The position numbers and the translations under genes were made by a program. The notes below the pieces were generated by a model. It saw only the letters and a program-made list of their open reading frames with translations. It had not been told where the DNA came from and searched no databases. Below, one piece after another: positions 1-9,696 of a DNA stretch of 48,509 nt (its first letter is position 1; each line of letters starts with the position of its first letter). The stretch is from Candidatus Heimdallarchaeota archaeon (lineage in GTDB: Archaea > Asgardarchaeota > Heimdallarchaeia > JABLTI01), in contig JAHLVW010000043.1 of the NCBI GenBank assembly GCA_019058275.1, positions 1-48,509 of the forward strand, given 5' to 3'.

Positions 1-31
1 ATTCAATGATGTCTTTCAAAGATTTAGAAGA

Positions 32-1303
32 ATGCGATCAATGGGAATTATTTCTATGAGGTATGTCGGTAAGAAGAAGACAAGATCAGCACTCACATTC
101 GCAATTTTTGGTGTTATTTTGACGACGAACGTTTTTCTATCAGTCTTCACTGGAAGCTTCACTTTAGGTTTTGATGATTTCGCTACAAAAGAAGAAGGAG
201 GAGTTGATATAATTGCTTACTCACCTTTTGGTAGTGTTTTATTTGAAGAGGATCCTATTGATATTATAAAGGATGCAGATACTAATGTACAACGAGTTGT
301 GGGATTGAAATTCAAATTTTCATTATCTGGTGCATATACTTACCTTAATTTTATTGCTACAAATGAAACGCACGAAACAGTTGAAGAAATTCCTGTGCCA
401 ACAGACATGTGGGGAATAAATGAGGACTTTCTAGATATGACTGAGTATAAGTTTACAGAGGTTTGGGAAGATCTGGAAGAAAATCCATGGGATGCAGCAA
501 AAAATGGAGCCAATAGATATATTATATTACCAAATTTGTTACAGCAAGTTGGTTTTGATGAGGGAGGAAAAGTATACTGGTTAGATCTAGAATTAGGAGA
601 TACAGTTACAATTCCAGAATATGACCCTGTTAACGAAACTACTGTTTTAGGAAATTATACATTAATTGCTTTTATAGAAACTACTTCATATTCAATGTTA
701 TTTTCAAGTTTTCTCTTCACTGGTGAGGATTCACCGATTTTTGGTGATGTACTCAATAATTCTGCTTATTTAATTCAAACAGATCCAAGTTTAACTACAG
801 AAGAAAATGTTGAAGTAAGTCGAAACATTGAAGCAGAATTATTTGGTTTCGATACACTTTGTTTAAGAGACAGAATGGAGAGTTTAATGGAATTCATAAT
901 TCAATCAGTGAGTTTTATGCAAGCTTTTGTATCTCTAGGTCTTGTTGTTGGGGTATTGGGTTTAATAGTTGTATCCCTACGTGGGATCACAGAACGAACT
1001 CGTGAGATTGGTATGATGCGTGCTTTAGGATTCCATAGAGCTGAAGTTATAACTACTGTTGTAGTGGAAATATTTATGGTAGCATTTGTTGGATTGGTTA
1101 TAGGTTTAGTCAATGGATTTATTTTGGGTTATGGTATGTATTCTCAATACTTAATTGAATATGATTTTAAATTTATTATACCCTGGACTATGCTAGGAAT
1201 TTTCACTGCGATTACTATTGCTTTATCAATTATTGCAGCAGTTATTCCTGCAAGAAGAGCTTCAAAAATACCACCTAGTGAAGCTTTGCGATACACAGGT
1301 TAA
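32..1303 (+). CDS. FtsX/MacB-family ABC transporter permease (C-terminal part; 5' end probably upstream of the window)
   Basis: ERTREIGMMRALG motif followed by three TM helices and C-terminal PARRASKIPPSEALRY, typical of FtsX-like permeases. Confidence 0.9.
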   Translation: MRSMGIISMRYVGKKKTRSALTFAIFGVILTTNVFLSVFTGSFTLGFDDFATKEEGGVDIIAYSPFGSVLFEEDPIDIIKDADTNVQRVVGLKFKFSLSGAYTYLNFIATNETHETVEEIPVPTDMWGINEDFLDMTEYKFTEVWEDLEENPWDAAKNGANRYIILPNLLQQVGFDEGGKVYWLDLELGDTVTIPEYDPVNETTVLGNYTLIAFIETTSYSMLFSSFLFTGEDSPIFGDVLNNSAYLIQTDPSLTTEENVEVSRNIEAELFGFDTLCLRDRMESLMEFIIQSVSFMQAFVSLGLVVGVLGLIVVSLRGITERTREIGMMRALGFHRAEVITTVVVEIFMVAFVGLVIGLVNGFILGYGMYSQYLIEYDFKFIIPWTMLGIFTAITIALSIIAAVIPARRASKIPPSEALRYTG

Positions 1304-1308
1304 AGCTT

Positions 1309-2691
1309 CTAGGCGTTCCATTCCTTTAGAATTGAGCTTGAAACTATTACATCTAAGCAAGGTAAGCTCGCCATTTGATCAACTATTGGTTGATACCCTC
1401 GTCCTATTGTTCGAGAACGTAAGATAATCATCAAGTCATATTTTCCAGTAATTGCAGACACCTTTTCCACACTAGATATACCCTTAATTTTAGCTATATC
1501 ACAGACTTCACCAGCTTTGATTTTTGCTAAAATCATTATCTTTACTTCACTTAGTGAAAGTCCAACAATTCCACTGAACACCAGTATTACACCAATTCCC
1601 CTAAGCATCCAAATTAGCCAAGCTAACTCTCCTGTGACAGCAAGGAAATATTCAGGCCAAATTAGACTGCATATAACTGTTATAGGAATACCTACAATAA
1701 CAGAAACGGATGATAAGGAATTAACAATTGACATTTTCCCCATGGATAATGCTCTTACATAAAAAATCCTAGAAATAAAGACCAAAAGCATCGATAAAGC
1801 AATTGGAAATAAGGCTTTCTGAAATGTTTGTTTGAATAGCAACCAACCAGCTCCATCCATGAATGGTAGAGAGAAAATTATCGTAAATACAGCCATAAAT
1901 AGTAAAGTCCAGAGTCTAACATTCGTGGAGTCAAGGGTTCTTCCTTTTTGATCTTTAGTGCTTATCGCTTTCTTTTGGAAAATTACATAGATCGCTGCAC
2001 TGACATTTAAAACTAGAAATACTAGTATCAAATTAAGCCAATTCAATGAACCAGTATTTGTAAAATCAATAGCTGCTAATATTACCCCTAAAACAATCAT
2101 AATAATTGATTGAATTTCTACTGCAGCTGGTGCTGATTTCTCAATAATCAAATCGCCAATTAATAGATAAACAACAACAAATTGAGATATAGGAAGAAAG
2201 ACAGAGATGTCCATTCTTTTTATGAGGATAAAATAAACAACAGTGTTTATTCCTGAAAATAATCCAGAGAAACCTAACCAGAGAAACATCTTTTTTGATG
2301 GAATACGTATACCATTAAATTGTGGATCGATCCACTGCCCAAGAAATGAATACTTTCGCTTTGTTTTCTTAGTTTCTGACTTCGTTAAAGATAGCTGAGC
2401 ATTATCACCATCTTGACTGTCTATTCGTTTTTTCCTAATTTTTTCCAAATATTGCTCAAATGGTTTTTTGCTAATGGGAATCCATAAAATTAGTACAAAT
2501 AAAATACTTACAATAATACCAATAATCATTGATTGAATAGCAAAAGCATATTCATTTGATATTATAGCTTCACTTGTGTAAGTATCTATAGCTATCCATA
2601 TTGAGCCTACAATACCAGAGAGAACTGCAAGTATTATGAAAGTATATTTTCTGCTGATTTTGCTTATTGGTCTTGTAGTTCGATCTCCCAT
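1309..2691 (-). CDS. EamA/DMT-family transporter fused to a C-terminal Lrp/AsnC ligand-binding (RAM) domain
   Basis: About 10 hydrophobic helices in two EamA-like halves; C-terminus IKGISSVEKVSAITGKYDLMIIL matches the AsnC ligand-binding signature (V..V..vTG.yD). Confidence 0.8.
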   Translation of the reverse strand: MGDRTTRPISKISRKYTFIILAVLSGIVGSIWIAIDTYTSEAIISNEYAFAIQSMIIGIIVSILFVLILWIPISKKPFEQYLEKIRKKRIDSQDGDNAQLSLTKSETKKTKRKYSFLGQWIDPQFNGIRIPSKKMFLWLGFSGLFSGINTVVYFILIKRMDISVFLPISQFVVVYLLIGDLIIEKSAPAAVEIQSIIMIVLGVILAAIDFTNTGSLNWLNLILVFLVLNVSAAIYVIFQKKAISTKDQKGRTLDSTNVRLWTLLFMAVFTIIFSLPFMDGAGWLLFKQTFQKALFPIALSMLLVFISRIFYVRALSMGKMSIVNSLSSVSVIVGIPITVICSLIWPEYFLAVTGELAWLIWMLRGIGVILVFSGIVGLSLSEVKIMILAKIKAGEVCDIAKIKGISSVEKVSAITGKYDLMIILRSRTIGRGYQPIVDQMASLPCLDVIVSSSILKEWNA

Positions 2692-2720
2692 CAGATTGTT
2701 ACTCTCCAGAATATTATATA

Positions 2721-2990
2721 TCAGAATTCCTTTTGTATTATAGATGTAGTTGTTTCTAAAATGCCTTCAATCAGATGAATTTCTTGAGTGCGATTATACA
2801 TTTCATCCATTGTATCAGTTTCCACACGAACTATTATATCATACTCACCTGTGATTACTGCCACAGAAGTTACGTTAGGAATCTGTTTCAGCTTAGCTAA
2901 TACTTCATTTGTTTTTCCAAGTTCAACTGACACGAGGATGTAAGCCTTATTTTTATCTGAGTTTTCATCTGTCAATTTGACATCCCTCAT
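2721..2990 (-). CDS. Stand-alone Lrp/AsnC ligand-binding (RAM) domain protein, no HTH
   Basis: KAYILVSVELG...LKQIPNVTSVAVITGEYDIIVRVE...IEGILETTTSI; 89 aa. Confidence 0.9.
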   Translation of the reverse strand: MRDVKLTDENSDKNKAYILVSVELGKTNEVLAKLKQIPNVTSVAVITGEYDIIVRVETDTMDEMYNRTQEIHLIEGILETTTSIIQKEF

Positions 2991-3188
2991 TTTGCTTTTC
3001 TCAACATACTAACTTTATGAATACTTCGATTACGTCTAAATCTGGCAACCTTAGATTTTCTAATTTTGTAATTTAATAGCTGTATTAAAATTTCCATTGA
3101 TACTCTACTAACCCTTGTTGAGCATTATACGCATTTTTAGAGTTCGAGAAATACTTATTATTAAAGAGGATATTCTCATTGTGATTAT

Positions 3189-3680
3189 TTGGAAGGGTGT
3201 GTCGACTCCAAATTGGCATTAGAAACAGTTGAAGAACTAATAATATTCATTGATTTAGATAACTTCAAGGAAATATCAGAAAAGCAAGGTTGGGCTACGT
3301 ATAAGCCAAATGAAGTAACTGGTGCATTAACGCATTTAGTTTCTGACTTTGTTCGCAAGCACTTAGGTGAAGTTATTTATGGTTTAGATGAAAAGAGAGG
3401 TACAGAGGAATGTATGCTAAGGTTGACTGGTGCGTTATCACATAATGTAATAGTCAATGATTTGGAATTTATTCTAAGTAAAATTCAAAACATTGGATTA
3501 GAATGTGGTTGTGACGTTTCTGTTAGCATTGGAGTGGCACGAGGACCATATACTCCTATCAGACCTACAGGACCTTATCAATGGTCGAAAAGATTATTTA
3601 AAGGACAAGCACAAAGACTTGCTCATAAAGCTCTAAAACGAGCTAAAAGACAAGGTGGAAATAAAATAATCTTCTTATAA
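3189..3680 (+). CDS. Non-canonical GGDEF-like nucleotidyl cyclase domain protein
   Basis: FIDLDNFKEI (DxDxFK), RGTEE at the GGDEF position, VSIGVA, AHKALKRAKRQGGNKI (AD.ALY.AK..G.N consensus). Confidence 0.75.
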   Translation: MEGCVDSKLALETVEELIIFIDLDNFKEISEKQGWATYKPNEVTGALTHLVSDFVRKHLGEVIYGLDEKRGTEECMLRLTGALSHNVIVNDLEFILSKIQNIGLECGCDVSVSIGVARGPYTPIRPTGPYQWSKRLFKGQAQRLAHKALKRAKRQGGNKIIFL

Positions 3681-3709
3681 TTTTGAAGATAACTAAGGTC
3701 TGTATAATT

Positions 3710-4348
3710 ATGGATCAATCAGTTGTTAAGAGAAGATCAAATCAAAAATCAGAAAATGAATTTCTTGTTGATATGCATATACATACCAATTATTCTTTTG
3801 ATAGTAATTTAATGGTTGAAGAAACACTATCAGAACTTGTTGACGTTGTTGATGCAATCGTAATAACTGATCATAATATTATTCCTGATTTACTAAGTGT
3901 AACTTTACAAAGCTATGAAGAGAAATTTCAAATTAGAGTATTTACTTCTTCTGTTGAAATCTCAACTAGACAAGGGGATATTTTAGCTTATGGTATTTCC
4001 GCAGTTCCTTCCACTAATCTTACTCCTGAAGAAATCATAGAAATTATTCATAAAGATGGTGGAATAGCTATTGCTGCACATCCATTTACAATGCTGGGCT
4101 TAGGAGAAGAAATCTACAACTTGAATCTAGATGCAATCGAAGTAAATGGTTCTAGATCAAAAAGAGCTAATGACCAAGCTAAGGAAGCAGCTGAGTCTAT
4201 GGGATTGCCTTGTATAGGTGGTAGTGATTCCCATACCATACATGCAATTGGAAGTTATGCAACTAAATTCAAATTACAAATCAAAACTTTAGATGATATT
4301 ATCGAACAAATAAAGAAGAAAAACTGTTTGCCAATATTCCTACGTTGA
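3710..4348 (+). CDS. PHP-domain metal-dependent phosphoesterase (ATG at 3710 preferred over TTG at 3683)
   Basis: DMHIHTNYSFDS, ITDHN, VEIST, AAHPF, IEVNG, GGSDSH motifs. Confidence 0.92.
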   Translation: MDQSVVKRRSNQKSENEFLVDMHIHTNYSFDSNLMVEETLSELVDVVDAIVITDHNIIPDLLSVTLQSYEEKFQIRVFTSSVEISTRQGDILAYGISAVPSTNLTPEEIIEIIHKDGGIAIAAHPFTMLGLGEEIYNLNLDAIEVNGSRSKRANDQAKEAAESMGLPCIGGSDSHTIHAIGSYATKFKLQIKTLDDIIEQIKKKNCLPIFLR

Positions 4349-4363
4349 ATTGTGCTTTAGTTG

Positions 4364-5512
4364 TCATTCTTTTATTATCATCTTAGTAATCATTTCATCT
4401 GTAAATTTACTTCTTTTTTCTTGATGATCCGATACAAATTGCTTGACTTTCTCAGCTAGAATTTTTTTACATTGACCACATAGTAATTTTCCAGCAAGAC
4501 AGTTTGAACGCATTTCATTGACTTTATTATCATCTGGTTCAAATAGATAATATTCATACCAATAAATATTGCACTTATCTGGTTCTCCACCTAATTCGCT
4601 TTGCTCTTCAACAGTAGCTCTTCCTCCAGTATATGAACGCATTACTTTCTTCTTTGCATTGTTTGGAGTATCAGTTGTAAATATACAAGAATCAGGTTCA
4701 GAAGCTGACATTTTGCCTCCTTCAGCAAGTCCAGGGAAGAATTTACAATGTATAGCAGCTGGTTTGTAATAACCTAATTTTGGGGCAACATCTCGAGTGA
4801 TTCGCCAGTAGGGATCTTGATCAATCGCTGCTGGAATAAGTATAGGGACATTAGATCCTTTTAATTCCGAAGGGAGAAAGCAAGGCATAGCTTGAATTGA
4901 AGGATAAAAAATCATACCAATATTCGATTCATTTACAAATCCAAATACAGCTTTAGCTATTGAAAAGGTAACTCGATTTGCTACTTCGACAGCAATTTTG
5001 TACATTGTTGATGTTAATTGTGAATCGAAAATAAAGTGAGTTTTTTTTGGATCAAAACCCACAGCCATAACATCTTTGGCATTTTCATATGCGAAATCTC
5101 TTGTTTCTTGAAATGATAGTTTCTGACTAAACAGGAATTTTTCATCATCTGTCATTTGGAAATATAATTCTACATCAAAAATATCTTGCAACCATTTTGT
5201 GAATATCCAAGGAACTAAATGACCTAAATGAGTATGTCCTGAGGGTCCTCTTCCGGTATAAAGTGAAAATTTAACTCCTTTCTCAAGCATTTTTAGAATC
5301 CAATCAAAATCACGATGACTAAAGAATAGACCTCTTCTAAGTAAGAGATGTAGATTACCTTCACTATATTTGTCTAATGCGCTTATTTCTTTCTCTGAAA
5401 GTAGTGTTGTACCAAATTTTTTTACTAGTTTTTTATAATCAATAGTTCCACTAACTTCCCAAGGAGTTACGACCATTTCATTTGATTTTCGGTCTTTTTT
5501 TTCTTTGAACAT
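4364..5512 (-). CDS. trpS: Tryptophanyl-tRNA synthetase, archaeal/eukaryotic type
   Basis: VTPWEV, YTGRGPSGHTHLGH, QMTDDEKFL, AIDQDPYWR, KMSAS; start taken at ATG 5512. Confidence 0.97.
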   Translation of the reverse strand: MFKEKKDRKSNEMVVTPWEVSGTIDYKKLVKKFGTTLLSEKEISALDKYSEGNLHLLLRRGLFFSHRDFDWILKMLEKGVKFSLYTGRGPSGHTHLGHLVPWIFTKWLQDIFDVELYFQMTDDEKFLFSQKLSFQETRDFAYENAKDVMAVGFDPKKTHFIFDSQLTSTMYKIAVEVANRVTFSIAKAVFGFVNESNIGMIFYPSIQAMPCFLPSELKGSNVPILIPAAIDQDPYWRITRDVAPKLGYYKPAAIHCKFFPGLAEGGKMSASEPDSCIFTTDTPNNAKKKVMRSYTGGRATVEEQSELGGEPDKCNIYWYEYYLFEPDDNKVNEMRSNCLAGKLLCGQCKKILAEKVKQFVSDHQEKRSKFTDEMITKMIIKE

Positions 5513-5651
5513 ATAATAACCTTCTAACAATGAATAGATAACTAGATTAGATATCATTCAAAGATTTATCTGATTTTAAAAAACCTTTTATCTTCTGGAA
5601 AACTTCGATTTTTGAATGAAAGAAAAGCGAAAAAGAACTGAATTAGTAAGA

Positions 5652-6293
5652 CTATGAAGAATCCTCTTCTATTGATTCTATTTCTAGATTTTCTGGTTCG
5701 CTACTACTGGATTCTGCAGAAATATCTGAAATTTCTTCAATTTCTCCTAAAACGATAGTCGCATCATCGGTTTCAGATGATGCTTTCATTTCAGGATCAC
5801 CATCTTCTCCGAACCATTCACCTCTTAGATTATATTGTTGTTCGTCCTTTAGTCGTTCCCTAGATTCATAAACCCTATCCATACTACCGTACCATTCTTC
5901 CATTTTACGTGATCGTGCGATTTTTTCTGTTCTTCGTTTCTTAATTTCAGTTGGTGAGAATTTCCATCTCAACCATTCACCAAATGTCATTTTATGTGGT
6001 TCAAGAACATATTTTCGAACAAAGAATTGCATTCCCAAAATTTGGAAGAATACGATCAGGACACCAAAACTTATCAAGATATACAAACTTGCAGACTCAC
6101 TCCCGCCACCTCGAGTAATAACCAGAAACATTGCTACTGGAATCACTCCGAATGCTAAAATCAAGAAAGGTATTCCTATAAATATAAACAAACCTTCCAT
6201 AATGTAGAACATTAAAACATATACCAAGTCGCCAAAGCCACTAGTGCCGCCCTTTTGCTTCTTCTTTGGTGGTACGTAAGTCAATTCAATCAC
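5652..6293 (-). CDS. Hypothetical membrane protein with acidic C-terminal tail
   Basis: Two to three hydrophobic segments followed by a charged helix and an E/S/D-rich tail. Confidence 0.7.
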   Translation of the reverse strand: MIELTYVPPKKKQKGGTSGFGDLVYVLMFYIMEGLFIFIGIPFLILAFGVIPVAMFLVITRGGGSESASLYILISFGVLIVFFQILGMQFFVRKYVLEPHKMTFGEWLRWKFSPTEIKKRRTEKIARSRKMEEWYGSMDRVYESRERLKDEQQYNLRGEWFGEDGDPEMKASSETDDATIVLGEIEEISDISAESSSSEPENLEIESIEEDSS

Positions 6294-6393
6294 TGATAGA
6301 TTTTCTATATCAATCTTATTTCGGTTATTTATAAGCTTGTGTTTAATTACAAAAATTTACCAATAATGGTAAAACAACCTAGGAAATTATTTT

Positions 6394-6939
6394 TTACCAC
6401 CAAACATCTTTCCAACCCATAATATAACTTACAGCATTTGCTGCAAAGTGAACTACTGCTGCTAATGGTAGCATAATAATCCAATAAATCCATGGATATA
6501 GAGGATTTACTCCTATTAAACCAAATAATAAACCAAAGAACATAAAACCAGTTTGATCGACAACCATTAGCGAACCACCTGATGGAATGTTTCTTCTTCT
6601 TTTGATAAACGAACCTACAACATCACCTATTACGGCACCCATACCTTGGAAGAAGCCATTTGCCAGAGTAAGTGTGAATCCAGCATCTACAATGTTGTTA
6701 AACCACCACATAGTCAATATACCCATTAAAAAACCGCCCACACAGCCTGCAATGAATCCTCTTATTGTTTTATTATTACCTAGAATTCGCCTCTCATCAA
6801 ACCAATTTTTGCGGAAATCCATTGGTAAACCCCCACCAAAAAGCATAGGTGTGACATTTGCAAACATCGCTGGTAAAACGAAAAATATAGCATTTAGTAC
6901 TTCTGATTCCACCAAAGATTCAAACCAAGTTGGGAGCAT
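6394..6939 (-). CDS. carS: CDP-archaeol synthase
   Basis: PAMFANVTP..FGGG.PMDF, ILGNNKTIRGF, GDVVGSFIKRR, DQ motifs. Confidence 0.93.
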   Translation of the reverse strand: MLPTWFESLVESEVLNAIFFVLPAMFANVTPMLFGGGLPMDFRKNWFDERRILGNNKTIRGFIAGCVGGFLMGILTMWWFNNIVDAGFTLTLANGFFQGMGAVIGDVVGSFIKRRRNIPSGGSLMVVDQTGFMFFGLLFGLIGVNPLYPWIYWIIMLPLAAVVHFAANAVSYIMGWKDVWW

Positions 6940-7132
6940 CTCTATCCACTTTTCAGTTCATTTTTAGTAAAACAACATTTCCGGATTTTTCCAATTGAAC
7001 GAGAATTATATCCTATTAAAATCTTCTCATGACAAATTCTATATAGATAAATTGTAGGAGTAAAAATAGACTAAAGCTAATTATATTAAGAACAATTCAA
7101 TTATCTGAGAACTATGGAGATTTGTTTCACTA

Positions 7133-8167
7133 TTGAATATCTTTTGTAAAAACCGAGTATATTTAAAATTCACTAAATCTGAGTTATTACTGGATCCTAA
7201 AATTGTTGATCCTACAGCTAATTGCATGTTTATTTCTCATGGTCACACAGACCATCTACCTAATAGTAGAAAACGACCAACAATTATTCCTCCTGCTGTA
7301 TGCTCAATAGCTACTGCAAGGATTTTCTTGGAACGGAAGGGTTATTCAATTTCGCAACATGATTCATGGGAAAATGATGAATTTTCCATTACAACCGTAC
7401 CTGGGGGACATACTTTTGATTCAACTGTTGCAGTGATTAATGCAAAAGATAGTGGACAAAAAATAGTTTACACTGGGGATATTAATATCGAAGATAGAGG
7501 TTATTTAAAAGGATACAAACCTCAAAAATGTAACATATTAATATTGGAAGCAACATGGGGTAATCGTGACTACAAATTTCCAGCCTTTGAAAAGCAGATA
7601 TCTCAAGCAAGAGAATATGTGCAAAATGAATTAGCAAAAGGATATCCTGTAGCTCTTCTTGGTTATCCACTTGGAAAATCACAGCTTTTGAATTATTGTT
7701 TAGGTGATTTGTGCGATTCTAGAGTTTCCAGTAATTCTATATGGAAAATGGAACAACTTCATAGAGAATTAGGCTTGAATTTATACGAAACAAATCAACT
7801 ACCTAAGAATTTGCACAGTATATCTTTTGATAAAACTAATCCATGGATTCTTTTCTATAATCATACAAGAGCTAGAGATCCTGTACTAAGTAGTCTAAAA
7901 AAGAAATACAACTTAAAAATAGTAGGATTTTCAGGTTGGGCAAAGGATGAAACAAGTTATAAGTATCGTTTAGGTGCGGATGCAGCTTTTACAATAAGCG
8001 ACCATTCCGACTATGGAAGTTTGTTGGAAATAGTTAAACAAAGTCAACCTGAGAAAATCTTTACAATATTTGGTAATGCAGCTGATCTTGCTAGAGATTT
8101 ACAAAAAGAAGGATTTAATGCGGTTCCTTTAAGGGAAGGTCAATCAACACTCGAATCTTTCTTTTAA
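7133..8167 (+). CDS. Metallo-beta-lactamase/beta-CASP nuclease (SNM1/ligase-associated exonuclease-like) with C-terminal PIP box
   Basis: SHGHTDH, GGH, YTGD, LEATWG, SDHSDY; ends in QSTLESFF. Confidence 0.88.
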   Translation: MNIFCKNRVYLKFTKSELLLDPKIVDPTANCMFISHGHTDHLPNSRKRPTIIPPAVCSIATARIFLERKGYSISQHDSWENDEFSITTVPGGHTFDSTVAVINAKDSGQKIVYTGDINIEDRGYLKGYKPQKCNILILEATWGNRDYKFPAFEKQISQAREYVQNELAKGYPVALLGYPLGKSQLLNYCLGDLCDSRVSSNSIWKMEQLHRELGLNLYETNQLPKNLHSISFDKTNPWILFYNHTRARDPVLSSLKKKYNLKIVGFSGWAKDETSYKYRLGADAAFTISDHSDYGSLLEIVKQSQPEKIFTIFGNAADLARDLQKEGFNAVPLREGQSTLESFF

Positions 8168-8170
8168 GTT

Positions 8171-8539
8171 CTAATCTTGTGGTATCTGTAGATGATCTCT
8201 TTCGTATATAATCAGACCACACCTTTTAGCAAATTTTACCGCAGAATCACTAAAACAGTTGGCAATAATCATTCCTTTCTTATCACTTAAATCATTTAAA
8301 ACTCTCTCAAATCTTATCAATCTATCAACACCAACTGCTCTCTTCCAATCAACAATTTTAACGAGTATTTCACGAATTTCTAAATCAGAGTCAGTTTTAA
8401 CGACTAAATCAAAATGATGCTTTTTACCACTTGTACCAACTAATATAATTTCTTTCTCAATTTTAAAAGCCATATTATGAAAGAATTTTACAGCCTTTTG
8501 ATACAATTCTTGATTTTTTTCTCCATTATCCGGTAGCAA
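8171..8539 (-). CDS. Mrr-like restriction-endonuclease-fold protein (catalytic motif degenerate)
   Basis: GTSGKKHHFDLV...AVGVDRL...KGMIIANCFSDSAVKFA...GLIIY resembles Mrr_cat; no (Q/E)xK seen. Confidence 0.7.
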   Translation of the reverse strand: MLPDNGEKNQELYQKAVKFFHNMAFKIEKEIILVGTSGKKHHFDLVVKTDSDLEIREILVKIVDWKRAVGVDRLIRFERVLNDLSDKKGMIIANCFSDSAVKFAKRCGLIIYERDHLQIPQD

Positions 8540-8589
8540 GTACTTTATGTGCCTCCTGTCTCACCTGCGTTTTTATTGACATTTAGTTA

Positions 8590-9696
8590 CTATCTTTTTT
8601 CTTGATCCTTTATTTTCTCGCTTGAAATTCTAGCTATATTCACTAATTCTTCTGAATTATGTAGTCCGATTTTACGTTTACCTCGTTCGAGTTCATGAAC
8701 AACTTTAACAAGAAAACTATTCAATGGTGTCTCTAATTTTGATTCTTTACCTTTTTTTACAATATAACCATTAATGAATTCTATTTCAGTTTTTCTGCTT
8801 TGTTGTAGATCCCATAACAAAGAAGATCGAATTTTACCATGCCTTTTCGCTCCTGCTTTGGCTATGATAAAACTCATTATTCGACCTTTTGTTCTTGTAA
8901 ACAAATTATCATTAGGTTTAGGTTTATAAAAAAAGTTCCGTATTTTTAAGCCATCAACTGGCTCTAATTTAACATTATGTGATTCTGCTACTTGTATCCC
9001 TTCCTCTTTTACTGCAGACATAATTTTACATACCCTTTCATCAGCAAACATTTCTCCTATACTTATATCTAATAATGCACTTATTGGTGAAGTAACAGAA
9101 TTTACAACTAGTTTTGACCAACGATATCCTAGTATATTGTCAGTAACGATTGTTGGTCTCCATAGAGATAGAAGATCCTTTACTTCCTTAAGTCTTGGAT
9201 CATCAGTATTTTGTCCATCTTCAAAACCAATAACAAAATCTCCAGTTTTAGAAGTAATTCTTATTTTTCCAGGTGCTATTTTATTTGCACCCCAACCTAC
9301 TACAGCAGCAACTATTTGGTTTTTTGGAATATGTTTTTCCATAATTTCTGTATTACCAAAACCATTTTGCATACTATAAACTAAACTTTCTGAGGAAATG
9401 TAGCGCTTTAGATCTTTCATAACACTATCTGTATCAAGGTTCTTAACAGTAACAAGCACATGTTTGAACTGTCTATCAAGTTCCTTTACACTTGATTTTA
9501 TAGGAACAAAGAAAGGTTCACTGTATCCTTCAATTATCAAACCGTTTTTGTTCACTTCTTTATAATGCAGACTCTTTCTATTAACTAAACAAACATCTTT
9601 TTTTGCAGCATGTAGAATTGCACCTGTTACTCCACCAATCGCACCAGCACCAACAATCAGAACGTCTCCAACAGAATGGGATTCTGCTTTATTCAT
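8590..9696 (-). CDS. panE: Ketopantoate reductase family protein (PanE/ApbA)
   Basis: GAGAIG, VTVK, QNGFG, WSKLVVN, SSLLWDL..RKTEIEFING. Confidence 0.9.
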   Translation of the reverse strand: MNKAESHSVGDVLIVGAGAIGGVTGAILHAAKKDVCLVNRKSLHYKEVNKNGLIIEGYSEPFFVPIKSSVKELDRQFKHVLVTVKNLDTDSVMKDLKRYISSESLVYSMQNGFGNTEIMEKHIPKNQIVAAVVGWGANKIAPGKIRITSKTGDFVIGFEDGQNTDDPRLKEVKDLLSLWRPTIVTDNILGYRWSKLVVNSVTSPISALLDISIGEMFADERVCKIMSAVKEEGIQVAESHNVKLEPVDGLKIRNFFYKPKPNDNLFTRTKGRIMSFIIAKAGAKRHGKIRSSLLWDLQQSRKTEIEFINGYIVKKGKESKLETPLNSFLVKVVHELERGKRKIGLHNSEELVNIARISSEKIKDQEKR

